DNA of 64,000 nucleotides, taken from contig CAZTRG010000296.1 of the NCBI GenBank assembly GCA_964615885.1, forward strand, positions 10,313 to 74,312. Direction: 5' to 3'. Below the pieces are notes generated by a model. That model ran no database searches. It had not been told where the DNA came from and saw nothing but the letters and a program-made list of their open reading frames with translations. This document shows positions 38,601 through 47,920 of this stretch, piece by piece. How positions within the stretch are numbered: the stretch's first letter is position 1; each line of letters begins with the position of its first letter. The stretch is from an uncultured Planctomycetia bacterium (GTDB taxonomy: Bacteria; Planctomycetota; UBA8108). The translations under genes were made by a program, and so were the position numbers.

Positions 38601-40330
38601 TCGACGGCCTCACCGGGATTGATAACCCTGTTTCCATCAGGGGTCCCATCATCGGTGAGGATATAAGGTCTTGATTCTTCGGCAATAACCGCCGGCTCGC
38701 CCTCGAGGGCAACATTCCTCAGCAGCACGTGAGAAACATCTACACGGTCAGTATCGATCAGGTAGTACTGGCCGGTGATCGTATCGGGGTCGATGAAATT
38801 ATCTACTGGCTGAATCTCGAGGTAGACCTCGGCCTCACCCTGGCCGAACTGGTAGATATCATTGGTGTTCGTCTCACCCTCCAGGAGGCCGGGGTTGTAA
38901 GGAGCTCCCCAGCTGGCATCGCTCAGATTGAGATTCCGGCCGAAATCGGTATCAAAAGACTCTACGACCTCGCCGGAACGCCAGCCGACCACTTCATCTT
39001 CAGGGCGGTCCTCGACCCAGTAATAGATAAACGAGGGCGCCTCAAAAGCATGCTCACTGAATTCGCGCTCACCGGCATCAGGAATCGGCCTCACCCTGAA
39101 ATGTACCTTCCAGTACCTGGGGGGAGTGACTCCACCTTCGATGGTCTCGTTCAGTTCCCTGAAGAGCGGGTCGCACTGGGCGTCCCACACAAAGGTCCTG
39201 CGAAGCCCGCCTGAAGGAAGGAGCCTCCGGCCGGGATATTTATGCTGAATGGTTCCGCAGGTAATCTCGAATTTTCCTTCGTTATCGGGATCCTCATCGC
39301 GTGGCTTGGCCGGGTTCCATTCAAGGTCCGGCTGGCCGACATCCACGGCCCATTCAAACTCCATGGTATAGGATGCGTCGACCACCAGCTCATAGCAGGT
39401 ATAGTCAACACGTACGGGGCCGGTTGAAACACCACTGGGAACTCTCATCCCATTGACCACCGCACCGATCACCTCGATCAGGTTTTCATTGGCCACGGGA
39501 ATCTCGACCCGGTTCGAGATACCTGCAGTACTCCTGGCAACGATTCCAAGGTTCTCGCGCGGAAGCGCAAAGGGGAAGGAAACATTGTTGTTCCCATTGT
39601 TTCCATCATTGAGAACAAAAGAAAATGACTCATAGCCGGAAGGAGCCTCGCCAGGAACAAAACCTCCCGAGTTGTTGTTGATGAAGGTGCTCGAGGTCAC
39701 GCGGACACTGTTGCCGCTGCCATCATCGATATCGATATAGAGGACATCGGAGAGATTGATTCCGTAAAGGTTAACCCTGCTGTTCTCCTGGAACCGCGAG
39801 AGCAGAGGAGTGTAGACGACGTATTCCTCATCTTCATTTGCACCAAGGGTCACCGCGTAGATCGCCGGACAGGCATCGAAGCCGACAGCGCCGGCTGAAA
39901 CTCCATGGCAGAGCAGCTCGATGTTGCCGGAGGTCACACCGGTGGGAACAATGACTTCCAGGGAAGACTCAACCGTCTCACTGTCGAGATCAACCCTTCG
40001 GTTGACCACGCTCAGCGGCATTCCGAGAATCGCTCCACCGCCGGCGGAGAAGAGCACACGGTGCTCATCGATGTTGTCAGAGAAGTTGAACCCGTTGAGC
40101 TGGATAATCGTTCCAGGGCAAAGCGGATCTTCTGCACTCCCACTGCCAACTCGCTCATAATTGAGCAGGACGCATGCGGTCAGGTCTTGCGGTTGCACCG
40201 GCTCCTGGGGCCCGAAGGGATTCGTGCCACCACCGGTATTCGACTGGTCCCAGGAGAGATCACACCCTCCTACGAAAAGAGAAACCCCCAGAAGGGCCAT
40301 AATGAAGAGGCTATTCCGATTCATGGACAC
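35675..40330 (-). CDS. Giant (1551 aa) glycine-repeat lipoprotein with IPT/TIG-like modules. Possible surface adhesin or beta-helix protein.
   Basis: Lipoprotein signal (LLGVSLFVGGC). IPT-like segment (PGTIIQLNGFNFSD). Long runs of GGxGGxG / GGGGGGG repeats (e.g. GGQGGDGTAGGGAGGDG, TGGGGGGGGGGALR). The plus-strand ORFs across this gene are antisense artefacts. Confidence 0.6.
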   Translation of the reverse strand: MSMNRNSLFIMALLGVSLFVGGCDLSWDQSNTGGGTNPFGPQEPVQPQDLTACVLLNYERVGSGSAEDPLCPGTIIQLNGFNFSDNIDEHRVLFSAGGGAILGMPLSVVNRRVDLDSETVESSLEVIVPTGVTSGNIELLCHGVSAGAVGFDACPAIYAVTLGANEDEEYVVYTPLLSRFQENSRVNLYGINLSDVLYIDIDDGSGNSVRVTSSTFINNNSGGFVPGEAPSGYESFSFVLNDGNNGNNNVSFPFALPRENLGIVARSTAGISNRVEIPVANENLIEVIGAVVNGMRVPSGVSTGPVRVDYTCYELVVDASYTMEFEWAVDVGQPDLEWNPAKPRDEDPDNEGKFEITCGTIQHKYPGRRLLPSGGLRRTFVWDAQCDPLFRELNETIEGGVTPPRYWKVHFRVRPIPDAGEREFSEHAFEAPSFIYYWVEDRPEDEVVGWRSGEVVESFDTDFGRNLNLSDASWGAPYNPGLLEGETNTNDIYQFGQGEAEVYLEIQPVDNFIDPDTITGQYYLIDTDRVDVSHVLLRNVALEGEPAVIAEESRPYILTDDGTPDGNRVINPGEAVDEFHFATFTIAPQTTVFVQGDRPLVMRVSGGGNAASDTDPVFTIMGALDLNGGDGADGSLVGGQGGDGTAGGGAGGDGALMQLNTGATVRLLEPAMAGANGGGVGGTTPAAINPDQARNSTFAGAPGGGGGHREAGGDGNYGNPNIPNFSAPRVGAGGVIRGNALLTPLTTGSGGGGGGASLSRTTGGEFAATGGGGGGGGGGALRLTARGGVVVIGSVQANGGGGGSGRVPPGEAPAGTTNGGAGGGGSGGSIHLRATGSVDVSTCDSLQVRGGAGGTGGPSNGQNRTGGRGIGSDGYIRLESGTGGTPFCMTLQASTRLTSTLSGSNNRNQTIRVQSTQAFPNAGKVKIDDEVIAYSGKTANTFTGLTRAIEGSRVSHSSGTSVFISPSTIQPADDPTVLMNGGFIEAPEEPEFGRGRDGVVHLRFIQSLDPDTGAPLSDTQTGRPLSVWVFDTASSTLRSPVGNIVKETRASDNNPGFMDLSALIIDEDVVLRATGPNPLRISVRDYAEISGTIDASGGHGGALRFTQGGGLPAFGFGGVPGAGGGAGGDGGMVTNFDVNPNNIQVSDAGDSLLPNIIETANTFGIQNPPITGSTGGSSLGGRTCGIDCFESGGGGGGGGNLRAGSNGDVLLLPGRGGLRNSLVGQGGDLVNFRDQRLYLNNVIIGLALVGGLGGGGGGASANVSRTYQNGSISGTYPYKGEALYAPGTGGGGGGGIINIVANDLYLRSTSKLLARGGDAFQSIDLAGNGGAGAGGTIFLQVKNTITIENGFQSDVSAGEANRLPPFFSSGIRLYEGNIRASQASPPALTGTAFGGLGGGAANGRIRIEFSPTSRIRSQGVNPSVTTGPFLWDIVESVAVSRIHRLGVGPGFSASTHGLMLDGARVVYNTFQQPPGTRAVVVWESAGESLDVHGQADELNGLVRDPRNLKGTRFVRFRVYFQSKFGTGESQSLQSLSLPFRLDEAGCLPFGF

Positions 40331-40737
40331 CCCGACTCCTTTTCAGATACTTGCCAGCAGGCGATCTGCTTATTTCTTACGGATTGGTAAAACTTTAACC
40401 CTGTTTTCGCTTCCAGCTCTCTCAACAGTCAAACGCAGATTCCGGCAGAAAATAACCAGGAGAAGCGATTAAAACCGACCGCTCTGTCCTGTCAGCTATT
40501 CTTTGTCTACTCTGCGAATGGAACTATCAAATCCTTCCTGCAAAGAAGCCCGGTCAAAAAGGACTTGCCGGCTCAAAAAGAACCGCCAGGGCCGGGAAAC
40601 AAGCAGGGTGTCAGAGAGGAAATTTTATTCCAGGTAAACTAACCGGCACGAGCTGAAGACCCTTTACCCGAGACTGTTTTTCACAGCCCCGGGAGATCGG
40701 ATAACGTACCGAAAAGACGATGTTAACTCTCCACTGT

Positions 40738-40759
40738 GGGTTTGAAAACCCCCTTTTCC
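40738..40759 (+). terminator. Terminator-like hairpin (GGGTT-tgaa-AACCC) followed by CCTTTTCC in the 940-bp non-coding region. Possible 3' end of a plus-strand sRNA.
   Basis: Read directly from the sequence. No flanking coding gene on the plus strand would use it. Confidence 0.15.
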
Positions 40760-41269
40760 TGATAAAGAAAAGACATTAAAGACGCCTCTGCAGAATTGAA
40801 GGACTGTACTTCCAGGTTTCCGACTTCCACCTCACGGACAAACACGGCCTTAACCCTGCCCCTCTAAAACAGAAACAGGATCCAGGAACACTTCTGCAGA
40901 CAAAAAAACAAAAGGCTGAACTCCTTCAAGCTCGACTTACAAGCTGTCACAACCTTGATTAACGCAATTGTCGTTCCGCGACCTGCGTTTTCTTACTTCT
41001 TCTACTAAACAGTATAACTCAAAGAGTTTATGGGAATCTGGAACCACTTTGACAGCAGCTGAAATGCAAATATCGTCATTAAGTGTGTCCCTTTCGTCCC
41101 ACTCGTCCATAAAATGGACACCGCCTGGCTGAAAAATACGAGGCCTTCATCGATTACCTCCACCCCATATTTCAGGCAGCCGAGTAACAGATGGCTTACA
41201 ATGCAGTAGAGACTTTCCCCAACGGGGCAACCAGCATTCAGCAGCCCCAGGTATCCGGATCCATTCGCG

Positions 41270-42976
41270 ATGTTCCGCAGTTTTAAATACCTGTTCAAAC
41301 GAGAAATTGAGTTCTTCTCCCGCCTGCGCTTTTCGATGAAAAAGAGCGTTCAGCCCGGTAGAAAACCCAGCCGGTCGAAAAGGAAAAACCCTTTCCTCGT
41401 CGCCGGCCCGCCTCCCGTGCAGCGAATCACCTTCAGGAGAAGGTATCCGAGGTTAACCAGCCTGCTGGCCATTGGGATCTCGCTCGTGGTTCATATCGGG
41501 GTAGCGCTGCTGATCTACATCCAGCTCTTTGACAGGCCACCCCCCCATGAGAAAAATGAAATCACCGTCACGATACGGCTGCCCTCAAAAAAACCTCCCG
41601 GCAAGAAGCCCGAGGAGCTGAAGAAGCCCCGGCCGGAAGAGAAAAAGCCGGAGAACCCCGAACCGGTAAAGAAGGTCGTCAAAGAAGTGGTCAAGCCGAA
41701 GCCCCTTCCCCCGAAAACGACTCCACGTGAGGTCAAAAAGAAGCCGGCAGTGGTAAAGTCACCCAGCAGAAAGAAGGCTCCCAGCACCAAGAGCCTCAGG
41801 CAGATCCCGAAGGCTCCTCCCCTGGGACTGGGAGTTTCTCCCCCGGGACTCACCGCTGGAGGGTCCAAGGTCGGCGGGGGAATTCTTGGTTCGCGGGGAC
41901 GCGATGCCAAGCTGGTTGCCCTGCAGCGCTACGGCGGTAACGGACGAACGGAGAATGCTGTCGATAAAGGCCTGGCCTGGCTGGCCGCCCACCAGGATCC
42001 CGATGGTGGCTGGGATGCAAAAGATTACCAGCGCCACTGCCGCCACCATCGCCCCTGCAAAGGCCAGGGCCTGGGCGAATTCGACATGGGAGTGACGGCC
42101 CTTGCAACGCTCGCCTTCCTTGGCTCCGGGCACTCCCCCAACAAGGAGGGGCCCTACCGCCGCCATGTCACCAAGTCCCTGAAGTACATCACCGATGCCC
42201 AGAGCGGCATCGGCAGCTTTGAGCCACGCGGTGACAAGTATAACTACAATCATGCCCTGGCAACCCTGGCGCTGGCGGAAGCCTACGCTATGACCCGTGA
42301 CTCCTTCTACAAGGACAGCCTTCAGAGTGCTCTCAGGTACTCCTTCTCCTCCCAGCAGGCCGGCGGGGGCTGGGATTACAGCAGCATCAAGACCGGGCGC
42401 AACGACCTCTCCATTACCGGCTGGCAGGTCATGGGCCTGCGGGCCGCCCAGAAAGCCGGCATCCCCATACCGGCCCGGGTCCGGCAGAACCTCAGCCACT
42501 TTCTCAACCGGGCCTTCACCCCAAGCGGTTACGGGATCTACGCCAACCTCCCACCGGAGGCCGGGCGCAAGGGCGCCAACATGGTAGCCGTTGCATTGAT
42601 GACCCACCTCTACAACGGCGGACTCAGCTCGGACTCAAGGGCCCGCAGGGCTGTCAGCCGGCTTGTAAAAGACAACCCTCCTGAGGTCAAGGGAATGGCA
42701 CGCTGGGATCTCTCCTACCAGTCCTATTACTACTGGTACACCGCCACCCTGGCTCTCTTCAATGTCGGCGGTAAGACCTGGGAAGCCTGGAACACCCTCC
42801 TGCAACAGAAGGTGCTGCCGCTGCAGGACAGGGAACCCCACAGCTCCGGAAGCTGGGCGCCCGAACCCAACTGGGTGGGCCACTACGGCGGCCGCGTCTA
42901 CTCAACGGCCATCAATGTCCTGACCCTTGAGGTTTACTACCGCTACCGGCCGGTCTTTACTGTACGTAAATCATAG
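41270..42976 (+). CDS. Membrane-anchored protein: N-terminal TM, Pro/Lys-rich TonB-like linker, then a C-terminal squalene-cyclase-like repeat domain
   Basis: TM LTSLLAIGISLVVHIGVALLIYI. Linker KKPEELKKPRPEEKKPENPEPVKKVVKEVVKPKPLPPK. Repeat signatures AVDKGLAWLAAHQDPDGGWD, SQQAGGGWDY, HSSGSW. The start may be the internal Met (MKKSVQ). Confidence 0.6.
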   Translation: MFRSFKYLFKREIEFFSRLRFSMKKSVQPGRKPSRSKRKNPFLVAGPPPVQRITFRRRYPRLTSLLAIGISLVVHIGVALLIYIQLFDRPPPHEKNEITVTIRLPSKKPPGKKPEELKKPRPEEKKPENPEPVKKVVKEVVKPKPLPPKTTPREVKKKPAVVKSPSRKKAPSTKSLRQIPKAPPLGLGVSPPGLTAGGSKVGGGILGSRGRDAKLVALQRYGGNGRTENAVDKGLAWLAAHQDPDGGWDAKDYQRHCRHHRPCKGQGLGEFDMGVTALATLAFLGSGHSPNKEGPYRRHVTKSLKYITDAQSGIGSFEPRGDKYNYNHALATLALAEAYAMTRDSFYKDSLQSALRYSFSSQQAGGGWDYSSIKTGRNDLSITGWQVMGLRAAQKAGIPIPARVRQNLSHFLNRAFTPSGYGIYANLPPEAGRKGANMVAVALMTHLYNGGLSSDSRARRAVSRLVKDNPPEVKGMARWDLSYQSYYYWYTATLALFNVGGKTWEAWNTLLQQKVLPLQDREPHSSGSWAPEPNWVGHYGGRVYSTAINVLTLEVYYRYRPVFTVRKS

Positions 42977-43009
42977 TTCGTACAAGCCGGCTTCAAGAGC
43001 AGTGGCAAC

Positions 43010-43714
43010 ATGACATCAGCTCGACCCGAAAAACCCGAGACCGTACGTGAATGGGACCGCCTGGCCATCGAAGAGTATGGGATCCCCGGGATCGTGCTCA
43101 TGGAAAACGCCGGGGCTGGTGCCGCAGCGATCATCTCCAGGCTGAATCGTGATGACCCCCGCAGCTATGCTCCCCCTTTTATCATCCTCTGCGGGCCGGG
43201 AAACAACGGCGGCGATGGCTTCGTGGTGGCACGCCACCTGTTCAACTCAGGTTTCCCCGTCGAGGTGTACCTCTCCTTCGAGCCCGGAGGGCAGCATGAA
43301 GATTCAGATGCAGGCATCAACCTCACCACTATCAGGAAGATGGGAATACCCGTTGAGACTCCCGGGCCGGTCGAGCTCGACCGGATTCTTCAACAGAAGG
43401 GAACCTGCACAATTATCGATGGGCTCCTGGGAACAGGCCTCAGCCGCCCTCTTGAGGATCCCTACCTTGCCTGGGTCGGCGCAATAGCAGCGAGCGGACA
43501 GGCGGTGATCGCCCTGGATATTCCCTCCGGCCTCGATGCCGGCAGCGGAGAGATCCTCGGCAGCTGTGCAGCAGCAGACCACACCATTACCTTTGCAGCA
43601 GCGAAAACGGGGCTCTGCCAGGGCAGCGGACCTGACTTTACCGGTCGATTACACGTGGTAAAAATCGGAATTCCGCAAAACATCTGTGAAAATGGCGAAA
43701 AGCATCAGGGTTGA
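43010..43714 (+). CDS. nnrE: NAD(P)H-hydrate epimerase (YjeF N-terminal domain only)
   Basis: PGIVLMENAGAGAAAII...ILCGPGNNGGDGFVVARHL motif of the YjeF_N family. No fused C-terminal dehydratase domain. Confidence 0.7.
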   Translation: MTSARPEKPETVREWDRLAIEEYGIPGIVLMENAGAGAAAIISRLNRDDPRSYAPPFIILCGPGNNGGDGFVVARHLFNSGFPVEVYLSFEPGGQHEDSDAGINLTTIRKMGIPVETPGPVELDRILQQKGTCTIIDGLLGTGLSRPLEDPYLAWVGAIAASGQAVIALDIPSGLDAGSGEILGSCAAADHTITFAAAKTGLCQGSGPDFTGRLHVVKIGIPQNICENGEKHQG

Positions 43715-43846
43715 GCCCTCTTTTTTCGATACTTTTGATACAGAAGCTCTTTTCCCAAGGTAACCTAGTAGTTACTGAGACCTTCCGGTTCACGGCAATG
43801 CCGGCCCCGGAAAAGTAAAGACTCACCAGCGCCTGGATACTCTGCC

Positions 43847-44491
43847 ATGCTTGATAAATTCGAAAAGATCTGCCACGGGTTCTGCGGTGTTACCGTGCTG
43901 ATCGTGGCATGCCTCTACCTCAACCCCTTCGGGTTCTGGTTCGATATTCCCGACAACAAGCCGCGGGAATTCCTGCAGAAATCGACGGCCACCAGCAAGC
44001 CCCCCCAGAGTCTCCTCAAGCCCAGGGAGGGATCGAAAACTCCGGCCTGGTCACCGATCGAAAACACCAAGAAGAAGAACAGCGTCATCGCCAAGTTGAA
44101 AAAAGCCAACCCCAAGATCTCCTCTAAAGATCTGCAGGAAAAATACATGCAGATCCCAAAGGAGAGCTTCGATTTCATCCGCAACGAGACAAACTGGCTG
44201 CCTGAGCTCAAGCAGGCCGGCCGGGCCATACAAAAGAACCGGGACGGGTCCACCAGCCTGGTGATCACCAAGATCAAGAACAACTCCGTCCTCACCCGGG
44301 TGCTGGGCCTCGAAGCAGGCGACCGCATTGAATTGATCAACGGTGAGAGGTGCGACTTCAGCGAAGACTCCACATTAAGCCACCGTAACAGGGCCAGGGA
44401 CATCTTCGAAACCATCGGAAGTGGCGGCACCGCCACGGTCACCATCATGCGCAACAACGCTCCCCAGCAGATTACCCTAAGTCTCAGATGA
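43847..44491 (+). CDS. Small membrane protein with a C-terminal PDZ-like domain
   Basis: N-terminal TM (VTVLIVACLYLNPFGFWF). C-terminal segment LVITKIKNNSVLTRVLGLEAGDRIELINGERCDF...ATVTIMRNNAPQQITLSL resembles a PDZ fold. Slightly lower GC than its neighbours. Stop overlaps the next gene's start. Confidence 0.35.
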   Translation: MLDKFEKICHGFCGVTVLIVACLYLNPFGFWFDIPDNKPREFLQKSTATSKPPQSLLKPREGSKTPAWSPIENTKKKNSVIAKLKKANPKISSKDLQEKYMQIPKESFDFIRNETNWLPELKQAGRAIQKNRDGSTSLVITKIKNNSVLTRVLGLEAGDRIELINGERCDFSEDSTLSHRNRARDIFETIGSGGTATVTIMRNNAPQQITLSLR

Positions 44492-45651
44492 TCAGGCGTT
44501 CACGGGCACTCGGCCATCTGATGGATCTTCTGAAAACACCCGGCCCAAGCGGTGGAGAGTCCGCTGTTGCCAGGCTGGTCAGGGAAAAGCTTGTGGCCTT
44601 CGGCTGCAGGAAAGCCTGGATCCGCCATGACAAGGCGCATGAGAAAATCGGCGAGGGCTATGAGGTCGGCAACCTGATCGCAAGGCTGCCCGGCACCGTC
44701 AAGGCTCCCCGGCTGCTCTTTTCCGGGCACATGGACACCGTGCCGCTGTGCCGCGGTGCGGTGCCCCTGCGCAAGGGCAACCGGATTGTTCCACGCGGTA
44801 AAACAGCCCTGGGAGGAGACAATCGAACCGCCGTGGGTTGCCTGCTCACCCTGGCTGAAACCATCCTCCGCAACCAGGTCCCCCACCCCCCGCTGACCCT
44901 GTTGTTTACCGTCGGCGAGGAGGTCGGGCTCAAAGGCGCCCGGCAGGTCAAGCCGGCCGACCTTGGGAAGCCAGTCATGGGCTTCAATTACGATGGCGGC
45001 GACCCTGCCTCCGTTACGATCGGAGCAACCGGCGCCGACCGGTGGAGTGTTGAGATCACAGGGGTCTCCTCCCATGCCGGCGTCCATCCGGAAGAAGGGG
45101 TCTCAGCAACCCTGATCGCCAGCCGGGCCATCACCTCCATCGCCGCAAAAGGCTATTTCGGCGCTGTCAAGAAGGGCCGGAAGACAGGTACCTCGAACAT
45201 CGGACCGGTCCACGGAGGCGAGGCTACCAACCAGGTTACAGACCACATGGTCCTCAGGGGAGAGTGCAGAAGCCATGATCCTGCATTTCTCGACCGGATC
45301 ACTGCGGTTCACCTCGCCGAATTTGAGAAGGCTGCAGCCTCGGTGCGCAACACTGCCGGCGAATGCGGCAGCATTCAATTCACTTCGTCTCGCGACTATC
45401 ACTCTTTTGAAATGGAGCGGGATTCAGAAGTCGTGCTCCGGACAGAAGAAAAGATCAGGGCTCTCGGCTCCACCCCACTGCTCAAGATCGCCAATGGAGG
45501 ACTGGATGCGAACTGGCTCAATCAAAAGGGAATTCCCACGGTGACACTGGGCGCCGGGCAGCACAATGCCCATACGCTGAAGGAATACGTGGACATCCGG
45601 GAATACCTTGGTGGTTGCGAGCTGGCCCTCAGCCTTGCAAGGGCCGACTGA
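44488..45651 (+). CDS. M20-family metallopeptidase (PepT / DapE / ArgE-like)
   Basis: Metal-binding motifs FSGHMDTVPL and GGDNRTAVGCLL. Catalytic Glu region FTVGEEVGLKGA. Dimerisation-domain-sized insert. Confidence 0.7.
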   Translation: MIRRSRALGHLMDLLKTPGPSGGESAVARLVREKLVAFGCRKAWIRHDKAHEKIGEGYEVGNLIARLPGTVKAPRLLFSGHMDTVPLCRGAVPLRKGNRIVPRGKTALGGDNRTAVGCLLTLAETILRNQVPHPPLTLLFTVGEEVGLKGARQVKPADLGKPVMGFNYDGGDPASVTIGATGADRWSVEITGVSSHAGVHPEEGVSATLIASRAITSIAAKGYFGAVKKGRKTGTSNIGPVHGGEATNQVTDHMVLRGECRSHDPAFLDRITAVHLAEFEKAAASVRNTAGECGSIQFTSSRDYHSFEMERDSEVVLRTEEKIRALGSTPLLKIANGGLDANWLNQKGIPTVTLGAGQHNAHTLKEYVDIREYLGGCELALSLARAD

Positions 45652-45657
45652 GCGCCC

Positions 45658-47082
45658 TCAAGCCTCTATACCCAGCTTGCGAACCAGGTTGTAGAGGGTC
45701 TTGACGTTGATACCCAGCTGCCTTGCTGTCTTCGTCTTGTTGCCCCTGTTTTTAGCCAGCGCCTTTGCAATATGCGCCCGCTTCACATCCTCGAGGCTGG
45801 CAGAAGAATCAAGCTCCTCAAGAACCGGCTCGCACAGTCCCTGCTGAAGATGTTCCCTGATTTCGGCAGGACCAATAAGGGAGCTGTCAGAAAGCAGGAG
45901 CAGGCGCTCGACGAGGTTTTCCAGCTCACGCACATTACCCTCCCATTGCAGGCCGGCAAGCAGCTCAAGAGCCTGGGGGCTGAACTCGCATTCGCCAAGC
46001 CCCCTGCGACCTTCCAGGCGGGCTGAAAAATGGTCGATGAGAGCGGGAATGTCCGATGTTCTCTGGCGAAGAGGAGGAAGCTCAAGGGCTACCACGTTCA
46101 GCCTGTAGTAGAGATCCAGGCGAAACCGGCCTTCCCTGACTTCTGTCTGCAGGTCGCGGTTAGAGGCTGCAAGCAGGCGGACATCTGCCTTGAGCAGCCG
46201 CGAGCCCCCCAGCCGCCTGAACTCACCCGACTGGAGAACCCGGAGAACCTTGACCTGCATGGCCGGGGTCATCTCTCCCACCTCATCGAGAAATACAGTG
46301 CCGCCCTCTGCCATCTCAAACAGGCCCTGGCGCCGGTCGAGCGCTCCGGTAAAAGCTCCCCTCTCGTGACCGAAAAGCTCACTCTCAAGCAATGATTCCG
46401 GCAGGGCTCCACAGTTGATGGCGACGAAATTCCTGCCGGACCTGGAGCTGTACTGATGGATATGCCGGGCGAGGACCTCTTTTCCAGTGCCGCTTTCACC
46501 CTGGATCAGGACGGTTGCATCGGCGGGAGCGACCTTTTCTGCAAGCGAAACCACCTTCCGCATCTGCGGGCTGCCACAGACCATTCGCACACTCTCTTTG
46601 CGACCGGCCGAACCGGCCCCATTGGAGGAAGCAGGAGCTTCGCTGGTCTTCTGTCCTGCGCGCTGCAGATGGTTTTCGAGCTTCCGGGAGATCTCCTCCC
46701 TTGCCTCCTCTGCAAAAATAAAATCTGCTGCCCCGGCTGCCATGGTGTTGAGAACCAGCTCACGATCAGGATCAATGGCCACAGCCACCAGTGGCAGAGA
46801 CGGAGGCACATACCGGCTGAGCGTCCTGACCACCTCGACACGCTCATGGCTCTCAACGGCCACCAGGATGAGTCCCGGGAGGAAATCATCGAGATAATCG
46901 CTGAGCATTTCCCCGGTTTCGAGATATTTACGGTTGAGCCCGTCTGCAAAGAAAACCTTCTCAAGCAGGATCTTCAGCTCCGGGTTCCGGTTGATGACCA
47001 CCAGGTCATGCCCCCTTACTGCCCCGTCGCGGCTCAACAAACGGGAGTCGATTCTGTCAACACCGATGGCGGGATCAGGCAC
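45658..47082 (-). CDS. Sigma-54-dependent transcriptional activator (NtrC/FleQ-like): atypical receiver, AAA+ domain and Fis-type HTH
   Basis: [15 protein letters not shown] (Walker A). [12 protein letters not shown] (Walker B). [15 protein letters not shown] (GAFTGA). C-terminal [25 protein letters not shown]. The N-terminal receiver-like domain lacks the DD pair and the phospho-acceptor Asp. Confidence 0.85.
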   Translation of the reverse strand: MPDPAIGVDRIDSRLLSRDGAVRGHDLVVINRNPELKILLEKVFFADGLNRKYLETGEMLSDYLDDFLPGLILVAVESHERVEVVRTLSRYVPPSLPLVAVAIDPDRELVLNTMAAGAADFIFAEEAREEISRKLENHLQRAGQKTSEAPASSNGAGSAGRKESVRMVCGSPQMRKVVSLAEKVAPADATVLIQGESGTGKEVLARHIHQYSSRSGRNFVAINCGALPESLLESELFGHERGAFTGALDRRQGLFEMAEGGTVFLDEVGEMTPAMQVKVLRVLQSGEFRRLGGSRLLKADVRLLAASNRDLQTEVREGRFRLDLYYRLNVVALELPPLRQRTSDIPALIDHFSARLEGRRGLGECEFSPQALELLAGLQWEGNVRELENLVERLLLLSDSSLIGPAEIREHLQQGLCEPVLEELDSSASLEDVKRAHIAKALAKNRGNKTKTARQLGINVKTLYNLVRKLGIEA

Positions 47083-47920
47083 TGGCGGTCGTCCTTTCCC
47101 TGTAGCTGGAGAGCTTGTCGAGAAACACCTTCACGATCGTTTCATCCAGCTGGCTTCCACCTGCACTCGAGAGGTTTTCACGGATCTTTGCCTCCGACAG
47201 GCTGCCCTGGTAAGGACGGCAACCGGCCATGGCATCATAGGAATCACAAACCGCTATGATCCGGGCCTCCAGCGGAATGTCGGCACCTGAGAGCCCATCC
47301 GGATAGCCTCCACCATCCACTCTTTCATGATGATGGCGAACCGCCGCGGGAGCCCAGGAGCAGCCCATCAGTGCAGCCAGCGGAGCAACCAGGGATTGTG
47401 AATGTACCGGGTGAGCCTTGATCTCTTCGTATTCCTGCGGCAGCAATCTGCCGGGCTTCCTCAGGACCTCACCAGAGACCGCCAGCTTTCCTGCATCATG
47501 GAGACTTCCCACCCACTGGATATCTTCCACCTTCCCCGGGGGAAGGCCGAGGTCTTCTGCCACCAGGGCTGCAAGAATCCCAACCCTGCGGCTATGGCCT
47601 GCAAGGTAATCGGCCTTGCGGGACAGGGCCTCCATGATATCCCTGGTCCTCTCCCTCAGAACGGCCTGCAGGGCCGTGGAGCTTGAAAAACCGGAGGTGT
47701 CTGCATTGGCAGAGAAGCTCCCTGCCACAGCCGCAGTTCCGCGCGGACTGACTGCCGGCAACAGGATATTGCCGGGAGAGGGAGGTTCACCTGCAAGGCC
47801 CGGCATCAACAAGTCCGTCAGCAGCAGGGATGTCGAGGGGCAGGCCGGAGGATTCTTTCCCACGGCTGCCTTGGCCTCGCGTTTTTCCCTTTTGCTGGCG
47901 CTTTTATTTTTTCTCATCAT
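47075..47920 (-). CDS. HD-GYP domain phosphodiesterase (putative c-di-GMP hydrolase)
   Basis: HSRRVGILAALVAEDLGL...SLHDAGKLAV...HHERVDGGGYPDGL. 8-nt overlap with the downstream EBP and 4-nt overlap with the upstream AAA+ gene. Confidence 0.8.
   Translation of the reverse strand: MMRKNKSASKREKREAKAAVGKNPPACPSTSLLLTDLLMPGLAGEPPSPGNILLPAVSPRGTAAVAGSFSANADTSGFSSSTALQAVLRERTRDIMEALSRKADYLAGHSRRVGILAALVAEDLGLPPGKVEDIQWVGSLHDAGKLAVSGEVLRKPGRLLPQEYEEIKAHPVHSQSLVAPLAALMGCSWAPAAVRHHHERVDGGGYPDGLSGADIPLEARIIAVCDSYDAMAGCRPYQGSLSEAKIRENLSSAGGSQLDETIVKVFLDKLSSYRERTTASA

Noticed and set aside
37034-38674. 546-aa plus-strand ORF, with further Pro/Ala-rich ORFs (36639..37076, 37752..38183, 38265..38594)
   Set aside because: These are antisense to the glycine-repeat lipoprotein gene. 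GGN codons read backwards give NCC (Pro/Ala/Thr/Ser) runs. No start context. Artefact of GC and codon bias.
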